From Gammaproteobacteria bacterium (GTDB lineage Bacteria > Pseudomonadota > Gammaproteobacteria > Eutrophobiales > Eutrophobiaceae), in contig OZ244905.1 of assembly GCA_965221695.1 (NCBI GenBank), positions 2,016,001 through 2,080,000 on the forward strand: a DNA stretch of 64,000 nt, given 5' to 3'. The position numbers and the translations under genes were made by a program. The notes under the pieces were generated by a model, which was not told the origin of the DNA, ran no database searches, and saw only the letters and a program-made list of their open reading frames with translations. Below, piece after piece: positions 39,708-48,614 of the stretch (position 1 is the stretch's first letter; each line of letters starts with the position of its first letter).

Positions 39708-41387
39708 TCAGAAGATAAAATCCATTGCATCCAAATCAGCGATGTCGAATCCCTCTAATATAATTGCTCCACCATGTGGCGCCGGAAAATGTATTCTGAC
39801 GCCGTCCAAAAGACTTTCCAAGGTAAGTTCGCCGAAATCGGTCAGCTCGAACGCAGAAAGATCGATGCGATCCTCCCCATCTGTAAAGTCGACGATAACA
39901 TCCTCGCCATCTCCGATCCGGAAAAGGAACACATCATCGCCCGGCCCTCCATGAAGCGTGTCATTGCCCTCATCGCCAGCTAGCACATCATCGCCGCTGC
40001 CACCGTGCAAGGTATCATTGCCTGTCCCGCCTTCCTGTGTGTCATCGCCACCACGCGGGCCGCCATACAATATATCATCACCGGCGCCGCCTTTGAGAAT
40101 GTTATTTCGCAGATCGCCAGCCAGTACATCGTTCTCGGGGGAACCGACCAGGTGCATGATATCGGCAAGTTCAATGTCATGCGCCATGCCTGTTTCATCG
40201 GTATAAACAACAGTTATTCTGCTGATAAATTCATCTCCTTCAGCATCGCCATGCCGGGCAGTGAAACTATGCAGGCGCACCATGACACCTGCTGTCGAGT
40301 TTGCATAGGACAAGGTATCCTCACCTTCGCCTCCTGCCAACCGGTCGGCGCCGGCGCCGCCTATCAGCACATCATTGCCTGCGCCACCGTCTAAAGAATC
40401 ATCGCCCGGTCCGCCATAATGCTTGTCATCGCCACTCCCGCCTGACAGCGTATCATTGCCTAATCCGCCATACAGGGTGTCATTGTCTTCCCCGCCTGAG
40501 AGTTGGTCATCACCACCCCTTGGTCCACCATACAGTATGTCGTTGCCGGCGCCGCCCCTGATTATGTTGTCACGCAGGTCACCGGCCAGCACGTCAGCCT
40601 GTCTGGAGCCAACAAGGTGCATGACATAAGGAAGCTGTATCTGTTCTGTCTTGCCGGCTTCATTGATGTATCCGACTGTGATCATTTTGTTAAAGCGGTC
40701 GTCTTCAACATCGTCCTTCCTGACCGGAGATGAATGTAGACGCACAACGACTCCATTTGTCGAGGTTTCATAAGAAGCGCTGTCGTCGCCATCACCATCG
40801 CCATCGCCGTCACCATCACCATCGCCGTCGCCATCGCCGTCACCATCGCCATCGCCATCACCGTCGCCATCGCCGTCGCCGTCACCATCACCGTCGCCGT
40901 CACCATCGCCGTCGCCATCGCCGTCACCATCGCCATCACCGTCACCGTCACCGTCACCATCGCCATCGCCATCGCCATCACCGTCACCGTCACCGTCGCC
41001 ATCGCCGTCGCCATCGCCGTCGCCGTCACCGTCGCCATCGCCGTCGCCATCGCCATCGCCATCGCCGTCGCCGTCGCCATCGCCGTCACCATCACCGTCG
41101 CCGTCGCCATCGCCATCGCCGTCACCATCACCGTCGCCGTCGCCATCGCCATCGCCATCGCCGTCACCGTCGCCATCGCCATCGCCACCTGTTATATCAT
41201 CATCGTCATCATCATCGCTGCTACTGAAAAAGCTGATCCCCCTGTCAGAAAGCGACTCCCCAAAACCATCAAGCGAAATCGCTTGCTCATCATTTATCGG
41301 TGAATTAGAGATGAGAGCAGACATTTCCTGGGAAATATCAAAACCACCAAGTCCAGGATAATCGGCAAGTTCATTGACGTTTTGCAT
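39708..41387 (-). CDS. RTX/hemolysin-type Ca-binding protein with (Gly-Asp)67 tract
   Basis: Many GGxGxDxL nonapeptides, C-terminal G.D.I.DF..GED.IDL...DFIF type I secretion-like tail, no signal peptide, GAGGG RBS. Confidence 0.92.
   Translation of the reverse strand: MQNVNELADYPGLGGFDISQEMSALISNSPINDEQAISLDGFGESLSDRGISFFSSSDDDDDDDITGGDGDGDGDGDGDGDGDGDGDGDGDGDGDGDGDGDGDGDGDGDGDGDGDGDGDGDGDGDGDGDGDGDGDGDGDGDGDGDGDGDGDGDGDGDGDGDGDGDGDGDGDGDGDGDGDGDGDGDGDGDGDGDGDGDGDGDDSASYETSTNGVVVRLHSSPVRKDDVEDDRFNKMITVGYINEAGKTEQIQLPYVMHLVGSRQADVLAGDLRDNIIRGGAGNDILYGGPRGGDDQLSGGEDNDTLYGGLGNDTLSGGSGDDKHYGGPGDDSLDGGAGNDVLIGGAGADRLAGGEGEDTLSYANSTAGVMVRLHSFTARHGDAEGDEFISRITVVYTDETGMAHDIELADIMHLVGSPENDVLAGDLRNNILKGGAGDDILYGGPRGGDDTQEGGTGNDTLHGGSGDDVLAGDEGNDTLHGGPGDDVFLFRIGDGEDVIVDFTDGEDRIDLSAFELTDFGELTLESLLDGVRIHFPAPHGGAIILEGFDIADLDAMDFIF
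40785..41186 (-). repeat. 402-nt coding hexamer repeat = 67 x Gly-Asp
   Basis: Units GGY GAY with mixed synonymous third positions; no non-synonymous interruption. Confidence 0.95.
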
Positions 41388-41494
41388 TTGAACCCCTCAT
41401 AATATCGATTGGCATCGGTTTTAACGCCGCTGTTCAGTGTGATGTCGGGCTTCGATTTAGTAACTATAGCAATAAAATCAATGCAAGTCAATCA

Positions 41495-41530
41495 TAACCC
41501 GTTGATTTATAAATGAAAATAATTCTCATT
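41495..41530. promoter_or_regulatory. IHF-consensus site plus putative Fur box upstream of the RTX gene
   Basis: Reverse AATCAACGGGTTA fits the IHF consensus; AATGAAAATAATT and overlapping reverse AATGAGAATTATT are each 11/13 to the Fur core. Confidence 0.65.
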
Positions 41531-41538
41531 ATTAATAT

Positions 41539-41628
41539 TATGGAACCTATGATTAAGTCAGTGGTTCTTCTGATACGTGGATGTGCCGCACTAGAAAGTC
41601 CAAGATGGACTTGTTCAAGGCTTCCTTA
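41539..41628. repeat. GGAACCTCTGA-family element ending 4 nt before prlC ATG
   Basis: TATGGAACCTATGATTAAGTCAG...AAGTCCAAGATGGACTTGTTCAAGGCTTCCTTA; shares the terminal hairpin with the 18408 copy. Confidence 0.75.
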
Positions 41629-41632
41629 GAAT

Positions 41633-43690
41633 ATGACCAATCCGTTGCTTGAAAACCTGACCCTGCCAGCGTTCAGTCGCATCAAGCCCGAACATATTGA
41701 ACCGGCTATCGATCAGCTACTGGAAGAACATCGCGCCTTGCTGAAGTCCCTGTTGGAACAGCCCGGGGCGCATACCTGGGAAACATTGTTCTGCCCCCTG
41801 GAAGAGAAGGATGATCGATTACAGCGCGCCTGGTCCGCTGTGCGCCATCTGCACTCGGTTGCCGATAATGAAGCGTTGCGTCGCGCCTATAACGCTTGTG
41901 TGCCGAAAATGTCCGACCATGACACGGAATTGGGACAAAACGAAGACCTGTTTCGCGCCTGTAAGACCCTGGCGGAAGGCGATGAATATTCCAAACTGGA
42001 TATCTCGCGCAGGAAAATCATTGATAATACCTTGCGGGATTTTCGCCTGTCGGGCATAGACCTGGGGAAACAGGATAAGCTGCAGTACAAGGCATTGCGG
42101 CAGAAACTTTCACAACTGGAGACGCGTTTTGAACAAAACCTGCTGGACGCCACTCACGGTTGGAACAGACTGGTCACAGACAAATCGCAACTTGGCGGAC
42201 TGCCGGACACAGCCCTGGAGTTGGCAGAACAAACTGCGCGCCAACGGGATCGATCAGGCTGGTTATTCACGCTGGAATACCCCTCTTATCATCCGGTGAT
42301 GACCTATGCCGATGACCGCCAGTTTCGGCAGGAGATGCATACCGCCTATACTACCCGCGCATCGGAGCTTGGTCCCGATGGCGGAAAATGGGATAACGGT
42401 CCATTGATGCAAGAAATCCTGTCCATCCGACAGGAGCTTGCGGCTTTATTGGGCTACAGCAATTACGCGGAATATTCGCTGGTAAAAAAGATGGCTGACG
42501 CGCCGCAGGAAGTTATGGCCTTCCTGCAGGATCTGGCTGCGCGCAGCAAAGCGGTGGCCCAACAAGAACTGTCCGTCCTGGAGGAATTTGCCGCAAAGGA
42601 ATACGGCATGAAGGACTTGCGCGCCTGGGACATCCCCTATTATTCGGAGAAGCTCAGGCAAAAAAAATATGCTTTCTCACAGGAGGATCTGCGTCCTTAT
42701 TTCCCCTCCCACCAGGTGGTCGAGGGGCTGTTTTCTGTAGTCGGCCGCTTGTATGGCCTCAGCATCAGCGCCAAGGAGGGAATTGAAGTCTGGCATCCTG
42801 AGGTAAAGTATTTTGAGATCAAAGATGCAGGCGGGCGGTTGCGCGGCGGGTTTTATCTCGACCTCTACGCGCGCCCGCAAAAGCGCGGCGGCGCCTGGAT
42901 GGATGAGTGCGTTGTGCGCAGACTGAACCACGGCGCCGTTCAGTTGCCGGTAGCCTACCTGACCTGCAATTTCACGCCGCCGGTATCAGGTAAACCTGCG
43001 CTGCTGACCCACGACGAAGCGCTCACCCTGTTCCACGAATTCGGCCATGGACTACACCATATTCTTACACTGGTCGATTATGCGGGTGTCTCAGGGATAA
43101 ACGGCGTGCCATGGGACGCAGTGGAGTTGCCCAGCCAGTTCCTGGAAAACTGGTGCTGGGAGCGCTCAGCGCTGAACCTGTTTGCGCGCCATTACGAAAC
43201 CGGCGAGCCGCTTCCGTCCGAATTGTTTGACAAGATGCAACGGGCCAGAACCTTTCATTCCGGCATACATATGGTCAGACAACTGGAGTTGGCCCTGTTT
43301 GACTTTCGTCTACATTATGAGCGGCGCGGCGAAGATACCGACGATATCCAGGCGCTATTGGATGAAGTCAGGCGGGATGTCGCCGTGATCAAGGCCCAAC
43401 CTGAAAACCGTTTTCAACATAGTTTCGGCCATATATTTGCCGGGGGATATGCCGCGGGATATTACAGCTATAAATGGGCCGAGGTCCTTTCCGCCGATGC
43501 TTTCTCTCGCTTTGAGGAAAACGGTATCTTTGATGCCGCCACAGGCAGGGATTTTCTTCACTCTATCCTGGAACAGGGAGGCTCCCGTGAGCCCATGGAT
43601 CTGTTCGTTGAATTCCGCGGCCGCAAACCTGAAATCGACGCCCTGTTGCGACATTCGGGAATTGCCGCCGACCCCGACGCGCGCGCCTGA
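41633..43690 (+). CDS. prlC: Oligopeptidase A (M3 family)
   Basis: KRGGAWM, FHEFGHGLH, VELPSQ, GYAAGYYSYKWAE. Confidence 0.97.
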   Translation: MTNPLLENLTLPAFSRIKPEHIEPAIDQLLEEHRALLKSLLEQPGAHTWETLFCPLEEKDDRLQRAWSAVRHLHSVADNEALRRAYNACVPKMSDHDTELGQNEDLFRACKTLAEGDEYSKLDISRRKIIDNTLRDFRLSGIDLGKQDKLQYKALRQKLSQLETRFEQNLLDATHGWNRLVTDKSQLGGLPDTALELAEQTARQRDRSGWLFTLEYPSYHPVMTYADDRQFRQEMHTAYTTRASELGPDGGKWDNGPLMQEILSIRQELAALLGYSNYAEYSLVKKMADAPQEVMAFLQDLAARSKAVAQQELSVLEEFAAKEYGMKDLRAWDIPYYSEKLRQKKYAFSQEDLRPYFPSHQVVEGLFSVVGRLYGLSISAKEGIEVWHPEVKYFEIKDAGGRLRGGFYLDLYARPQKRGGAWMDECVVRRLNHGAVQLPVAYLTCNFTPPVSGKPALLTHDEALTLFHEFGHGLHHILTLVDYAGVSGINGVPWDAVELPSQFLENWCWERSALNLFARHYETGEPLPSELFDKMQRARTFHSGIHMVRQLELALFDFRLHYERRGEDTDDIQALLDEVRRDVAVIKAQPENRFQHSFGHIFAGGYAAGYYSYKWAEVLSADAFSRFEENGIFDAATGRDFLHSILEQGGSREPMDLFVEFRGRKPEIDALLRHSGIAADPDARA

Positions 43691-43700
43691 GACGAGTCCC

Positions 43701-44471
43701 ATGTGGACCATAGCCAGTTGGAATGTGAATTCCCTGAAAGTGCGCCTGGCGCAGGTATTGCAGTGGCTGGACGCCCATCGTCCGGACGCGCTGGCCTTGC
43801 AGGAAACCAAGATCCAAGATGAGAGTTTCCCCGAGCAGGCATTGCGCGAAGCCGGCTACCGGGCGGTATTCTCCGGCCAAAAGACCTATAACGGCGTTGC
43901 CCTCGTGACCCGGCGGCCGGCACAAGTGTTACATACCAGCCTGCCCGGTCCGGAAGATCCGCAAAAACGCGTGCTTTGCGCGCGGGTTGACGATGTCTGC
44001 GTGCTGAACCTGTACGTGCCGAATGGTTCCGAGGTCGGTTCGGACAAGTACGCATATAAGCTCGATTGGCTGGCACGGCTCGATGAATTCACGGCCGCGC
44101 TGTTGCAATCTTATGAGAACCTCGTTGTGCTCGGTGACTTCAATATCACACCCGCCGACGCCGATGTTTACAATCCCGAGGCATGGCGCGACCGGATTCA
44201 TTGCAGCAAACCGGAACGGGATGCGCTGGATGCGCTTTGTGCCCGCGGACTCACAGACACCTTTCGTCTGTTTGAGCAGGAACAGCATGCGTTTTCCTGG
44301 TGGGATTACCGGGCAGGGGATTTTGCCGCTAACCGCGGCCTGCGTATCGACCTGATTCTGGCTTCAACTGCGCTTGGCCGTCGTTGTGCCGACAGTTGGA
44401 TTGATATTGAACCCAGGCAGCAACAGCGGCCTTCCGATCACACGCCTGTTGCGGCGGAGTTCCGGTTGTAA
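43701..44471 (+). CDS. xthA: Exodeoxyribonuclease III
   Basis: SWNVNS, LQETK, YNGVA, GDFN, WWDYR, SDHTPV. Confidence 0.95.
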   Translation: MWTIASWNVNSLKVRLAQVLQWLDAHRPDALALQETKIQDESFPEQALREAGYRAVFSGQKTYNGVALVTRRPAQVLHTSLPGPEDPQKRVLCARVDDVCVLNLYVPNGSEVGSDKYAYKLDWLARLDEFTAALLQSYENLVVLGDFNITPADADVYNPEAWRDRIHCSKPERDALDALCARGLTDTFRLFEQEQHAFSWWDYRAGDFAANRGLRIDLILASTALGRRCADSWIDIEPRQQQRPSDHTPVAAEFRL

Positions 44472-44565
44472 CGCCGGCCGGCTCATTGTTTTGCCGGCAA
44501 ATCTGTTTGCACTGTTAAGCCATTTCCACTACAATCAGCGGCCCGAAATGAAACAAGGGTCAACG

Positions 44566-44766
44566 ATGAGAGCCAATATTCATCCAGCATACTATGAAAT
44601 CAAGGTTACCTGCAGTTGTGGCAATACGTTCACCACACAGTCAACCTACGAGGGGGATTTGCACATAGAGGTATGCTCCCTGTGCCATCCGTTTTACTCG
44701 GGCAAACAGAAGATCCTGGACTCGGCCGGCCGGGTGGATAAATTCAACCGCAAGTACAACTTATAA
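44566..44766 (+). CDS. rpmE: 50S ribosomal protein L31 (Zn-binding type A)
   Basis: [21 protein letters not shown]. Confidence 0.96.
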   Translation: MRANIHPAYYEIKVTCSCGNTFTTQSTYEGDLHIEVCSLCHPFYSGKQKILDSAGRVDKFNRKYNL

Positions 44767-44903
44767 TTCTAAGGCATTGCAAGCGCAGGAATTACCTGTA
44801 ACGAGCAAACCCAGCCGATTTCCTTTGTCTAAGTTAGCATGTTTCTTTGATACAGAATCTAAGTTTGAAAACATAAATACCTGTCAGAACTAAAGATAAT
44901 TTG

Positions 44904-45118
44904 TTATCCACATTTTCTGTGGATAACTTTGTGGATACCGTGCGGGAGCAGTCCGTAAGATATGGAAAATTACTGGATATATGACAAAACTGTTAAATTT
45001 TGAGCGCTTTAATTAATACTATATATTTCAATTAGTTAGAGATTTTATCTCGCTCTTCTGGCGGAATCGCAGACGATTTCCCGCCGACCCCCCCTGATAA
45101 GCCTGAATCTGTGCATAA
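44904..45118. promoter_or_regulatory. DnaA-box cluster (DARS-like)
   Basis: TTATCCACA 44904-12, TGTGGATAA 44918-26, TGTGGATAC 44930-38, TGTGCATAA 45110-18; AT-rich IHF-like TTTCAATTAGTTA ~45026-38. Confidence 0.75.
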
Positions 45119-45221
45119 CAATTCCGTTTCTTTGCAGAAGCGGAACTTTTTTATACTGTTATGGTCTTAATATGCAACGAACACATACTCTTGCTATCAA
45201 CATTGCGTCATAGTAAACGAA

Positions 45222-45296
45222 TCCCGGCTCTCCCCAGTCGGGTAACCTGGCCCCGGTGGACCTCCCTCCCCCTCACGACCCCGGGGCCTTCTTTAT
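45222..45296 (+). ncRNA. Candidate small RNA / terminator with C/U-rich loops
   Basis: Hairpins CCCGGC-TCTCCCCA-GTCGGG and GGCCCCGG...CCTCCCTCCCCC...CCGGGGCC followed by TTCTTT. Confidence 0.45.
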
Positions 45297-45297
45297 T

Positions 45298-45894
45298 CTA
45301 TTGCCGGGCGAGGAACCACTTATCCAGCGCCCGGCATAATTCATCCAGGCCCTGTTTTTTTGCGGCTGAAAACAATTGCGCGCTGGCGTTCTCACCGAGA
45401 TCCCGCGCAACTGTTTCCAGCGCCTCCCGGCCCGCGCTGCGAGAAAGTTTGTCTGACTTGTTCAGCAATATGTGCGCCGGCAAGCGTTTATTCTCACACC
45501 AGTCCAATAACTGCCGGTCAGGCTCGGTCAGGCAACGTCTGATATCAACGATGATGACCATCCCCGCCAGACACTCTCGGCATTCCAGGTAGGCATTGAT
45601 GATCTGCCCCCAATGCTGTCTTAATGCGTTCGGCGCCTTGGCATAGCCGTACCCTGGCAAATCCACGAGACGGCTTTCATTGCCAAGGGCAAAAAAGTTG
45701 ATTTGCCGGGTCCTCCCCGGCTGCCTGCTCGTTCGGGCAAGCCCTTTTTGTCCCGCAAGCGTATTGATCACGCTGGATTTCCCGGCGTTTGAGCGCCCGG
45801 CAAAGACCGCTTCCCTGCCTGTATCCGGCGGCAACTGCGACAGCCGGTGAACGCTCTGCAGGTAAACAGCGCTACGATATCGGTTGTTGTTCAT
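45298..45894 (-). CDS. yihA: Ribosome biogenesis GTP-binding protein YihA/EngB
   Basis: GRSNAGKSS, PGRT, DLPGYG, NKSDKL. Confidence 0.96.
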   Translation of the reverse strand: MNNNRYRSAVYLQSVHRLSQLPPDTGREAVFAGRSNAGKSSVINTLAGQKGLARTSRQPGRTRQINFFALGNESRLVDLPGYGYAKAPNALRQHWGQIINAYLECRECLAGMVIIVDIRRCLTEPDRQLLDWCENKRLPAHILLNKSDKLSRSAGREALETVARDLGENASAQLFSAAKKQGLDELCRALDKWFLARQ

Positions 45895-45997
45895 ATTTTG
45901 TGACAGAAATAATCCCTTTCGGACTATCCCTATATGCCAATTATTCGGTAAGATAACGTCATTCGCAAATAATACGTTTTAATCAAGGTGTCTTCAG

Positions 45998-46600
45998 ATG
46001 TTAAAAAAATCGATCGGCGGCCTGCTCCTCGCTATGTTCCCCCTGACTCTCATTGCCGCGGGCAATATCGAAGCAGGTAAGCAAAAAGCGGCAACCTGTG
46101 TTGCCTGCCATGGTCCTGACGGCAACAGCAACAACCCTACCTGGCCGAACATCGCTGGCCAACACGCTGAATATATCAGAAAACAATTGGAAGATTTTCG
46201 CGCCGGGCACAGGAAAAACGACCAGATGGCTCCGCTGGTCATGGCCCTCAGCGACCAGGATATTGCCGACCTTGCAGTGTATTACGCCAGCCTCAAACCC
46301 AGGATTGGACAGACCTTGCCGGAAAACCTCGATGCAGGTGAACGCTTGTATCGCGCCGGAGACGCAACAAAGGGGCTGGCTGCGTGTATGGCCTGCCACG
46401 GCCCTACCGGCATCGGCAATCCCGCGGCGAACTATCCGAGGATCAATGCGCAACATGCGGAGTATACTGAGCTTCAACTGAAAGCGTTCAAAGCCGAAGC
46501 GCGCGCCAATGACCGCAACGGCGTCATGCGCGATATCGCCGGCAGGATGTCCAACGACAGTATCGAGGCCGTCGCCGACTACCTGCAAGGCTTGCACTGA
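45998..46600 (+). CDS. Diheme cytochrome c4
   Basis: Signal peptide, CVACH and CMACH; divergent from yihA as is typical. Confidence 0.95.
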   Translation: MLKKSIGGLLLAMFPLTLIAAGNIEAGKQKAATCVACHGPDGNSNNPTWPNIAGQHAEYIRKQLEDFRAGHRKNDQMAPLVMALSDQDIADLAVYYASLKPRIGQTLPENLDAGERLYRAGDATKGLAACMACHGPTGIGNPAANYPRINAQHAEYTELQLKAFKAEARANDRNGVMRDIAGRMSNDSIEAVADYLQGLH

Positions 46601-46640
46601 ACAACGGCTGCCGGCAAAACCTGCCAACTGAGCAAGAACC

Positions 46641-48611
46641 ATGGCGCCTTTTCCCGCCAGGTTGAGATCCGGATTAAGGTTTCTCGGTTCGATGGACCTG
46701 GCGATCACCCTGCTGGTGGCGTTGGGACTGGCATCGGTTATCGGCACCATCCTCAAACAGAACGAACCGTACCAGAACTACATAGTCAAGTTCGGCCCGT
46801 TCTGGCACGGTTTCTTCGAACGGCTGGGACTGTACGATATCTATTCGACCGGCTGGTTCATCCTGATCCTGGCCTTCCTGGTGACGACCACGAGTATCTG
46901 TCTTTACCGTAATACCCCGAGGATCCTCGCCACGCTGAAACAGTACCGGGAAGACATGCAGGAAGCGCAGTTGCTCAACATGACCCATTGCACCCGGCTG
47001 CGCGCTGACATCACCCACGAAGAAGCGGTCACGAAACTCGTTACCCGCTTGAAACTCCTCGGGTTCAGGTACCGGATCAAGCGGCAGGAAGACCGCGCCA
47101 GCCTGGGCGCTATGAAAGGCGCCGGCAATCGTTACGGTTACCTGTTTACGCACTGCGCGGTGATCATCATCTGTATCGGCGGCTTTCTGGACAGCAATGT
47201 TCCGCTGAAATTCCATGTCCTGACCGGGCGCTTGCAGGCGGAGACCCGGGAGGCGCCCATCAGCCAGATACCGGACAACAGCAAGCTGCCGGTGGACAAT
47301 ACGTCTTTTCGCGCCAGTGTTTCCATACCCGAAGGACGCGCGGTGGGCGCTGCCTTTATCAACCTGGGCGCCGGCTACCTGGTGCAACCGTTGCCTTTTA
47401 TCATCTTGCTCAAGGATTTCCGGGTTGAACACTACCCCAGCGGCCAGCCCAAATCCTTCGAAAGCGATCTCGTTATCCAGGACGGCGATCAGCGCCTGGC
47501 AAAGACTATCGCGGTGAATCATCCTCTCAAATACAAGGGCTACACCATTTTCCAGGCCAGTTTCGGCGATGGCGGCTCGAAACTCGACTTCCTGTTGCAT
47601 GACCTGGCTTCTTCCGGCATTCGCCGCCATACGGTAAACGTGGGCGAATCTGCGAGCGTGGATTACAACGGCGAGACGTACCAGTTGGAGGTTGAGGAAT
47701 TTCGCAAGTTCAATATCTTTCCCAATGAAGATCCTGTCATTGACAAAAAATTCCGCGATTTCGGCCCCAGCATCAACTTCAAACTGCGCCGCAAAGACGG
47801 GCGGGCAAACGAATATCTGAACTACATGTATCCCATTACCCTGGAAGGGCGGGAGTTCCTGTTAAGCGGCGTGCGTTCCTCCCTGGAAGACGAATTCCGC
47901 TACCTGCATATTCCCGCCGACGATGACGGTTCGCCCGCGCGTTTCCTGGCTTTGCTTGGCATATTGCAAGATACCGAGAGGCTCAGTCGCATTTACGCCG
48001 GCAGGCAGGAACTGCTGTTGTCGGGAAATTCACTGGACGGAAAAATTACCGGACAAGATGTCAGTAACGTGACGTTGCGGATTATGCGCCTGTTCCTCGA
48101 TGGCGGCTTCCCATTATTGCAACAACAGTTGGACCCTGCGATGGATGAACAGGCCGTCCAAACGGTGAACAGCGCATCGATGAAAATTCTGCGTTTCGGG
48201 CTGGAACAGGCCTACCTGGCCTTACTGGCCGATAACGGTATGGACACCGGAGAAATATCGGAGTGGGATATACAGTTTCTCAACGACTCCATCGTCACGT
48301 TGTCAGCCCTGCACCAGTACGGTTCCCCTTACTACCTGCAATTGACGGACTTCGAACATGTGGAGGCTTCGGGGCTGCAAATCGCGCGCGCGCCGGGAGC
48401 GAAGTGGGTATACCTTGGATTCACCCTGCTGATAGTCGGGGTGTTTTTACTGTTCTACATACCCCATCAACGGCTATGGGCGATTGTCAGGCCCGGCGAT
48501 TCGGGGACAGAAATAATACTGGCCGGGTCGCGCACGCGCCATGCCCGCGATTTCAGTCGTTATTTCAAACAGATTTCACGTACAATAGAGACTGAATTAA
48601 CCCAACGATAA
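46641..48611 (+). CDS. resB: Cytochrome c biogenesis protein ResB/Ccs1 (System II)
   Basis: ASVIGT.LKQ, YSTGWF, VNHPL.YKG..IFQASFGDGGS, SGLQIARAPG. Confidence 0.9.
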   Translation: MAPFPARLRSGLRFLGSMDLAITLLVALGLASVIGTILKQNEPYQNYIVKFGPFWHGFFERLGLYDIYSTGWFILILAFLVTTTSICLYRNTPRILATLKQYREDMQEAQLLNMTHCTRLRADITHEEAVTKLVTRLKLLGFRYRIKRQEDRASLGAMKGAGNRYGYLFTHCAVIIICIGGFLDSNVPLKFHVLTGRLQAETREAPISQIPDNSKLPVDNTSFRASVSIPEGRAVGAAFINLGAGYLVQPLPFIILLKDFRVEHYPSGQPKSFESDLVIQDGDQRLAKTIAVNHPLKYKGYTIFQASFGDGGSKLDFLLHDLASSGIRRHTVNVGESASVDYNGETYQLEVEEFRKFNIFPNEDPVIDKKFRDFGPSINFKLRRKDGRANEYLNYMYPITLEGREFLLSGVRSSLEDEFRYLHIPADDDGSPARFLALLGILQDTERLSRIYAGRQELLLSGNSLDGKITGQDVSNVTLRIMRLFLDGGFPLLQQQLDPAMDEQAVQTVNSASMKILRFGLEQAYLALLADNGMDTGEISEWDIQFLNDSIVTLSALHQYGSPYYLQLTDFEHVEASGLQIARAPGAKWVYLGFTLLIVGVFLLFYIPHQRLWAIVRPGDSGTEIILAGSRTRHARDFSRYFKQISRTIETELTQR

Positions 48612-48614
48612 GCT

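Noticed and set aside
40682-41227. His/Arg-rich (+) and Met/Ala/Thr-rich (-) ORFs
   Set aside because: Alternative frames of the GD hexamer repeat; only the RTX frame is amino-acid pure and continuous with a recognisable protein
43437-43700. N-terminal extension of xthA
   Set aside because: Overlaps prlC; the family motif starts at ATG 43701
45161-45178. Possible sigma-54 promoter TGG...TGC
   Set aside because: GG-GC spacing is one base short of the -24/-12 consensus
46001-47630. Long antisense ORFs (251 and 318 aa; similar ones opposite trpG/rpe, fbpB and uvrD)
   Set aside because: Typical shadow ORFs of GC-rich coding strands, with no motifs
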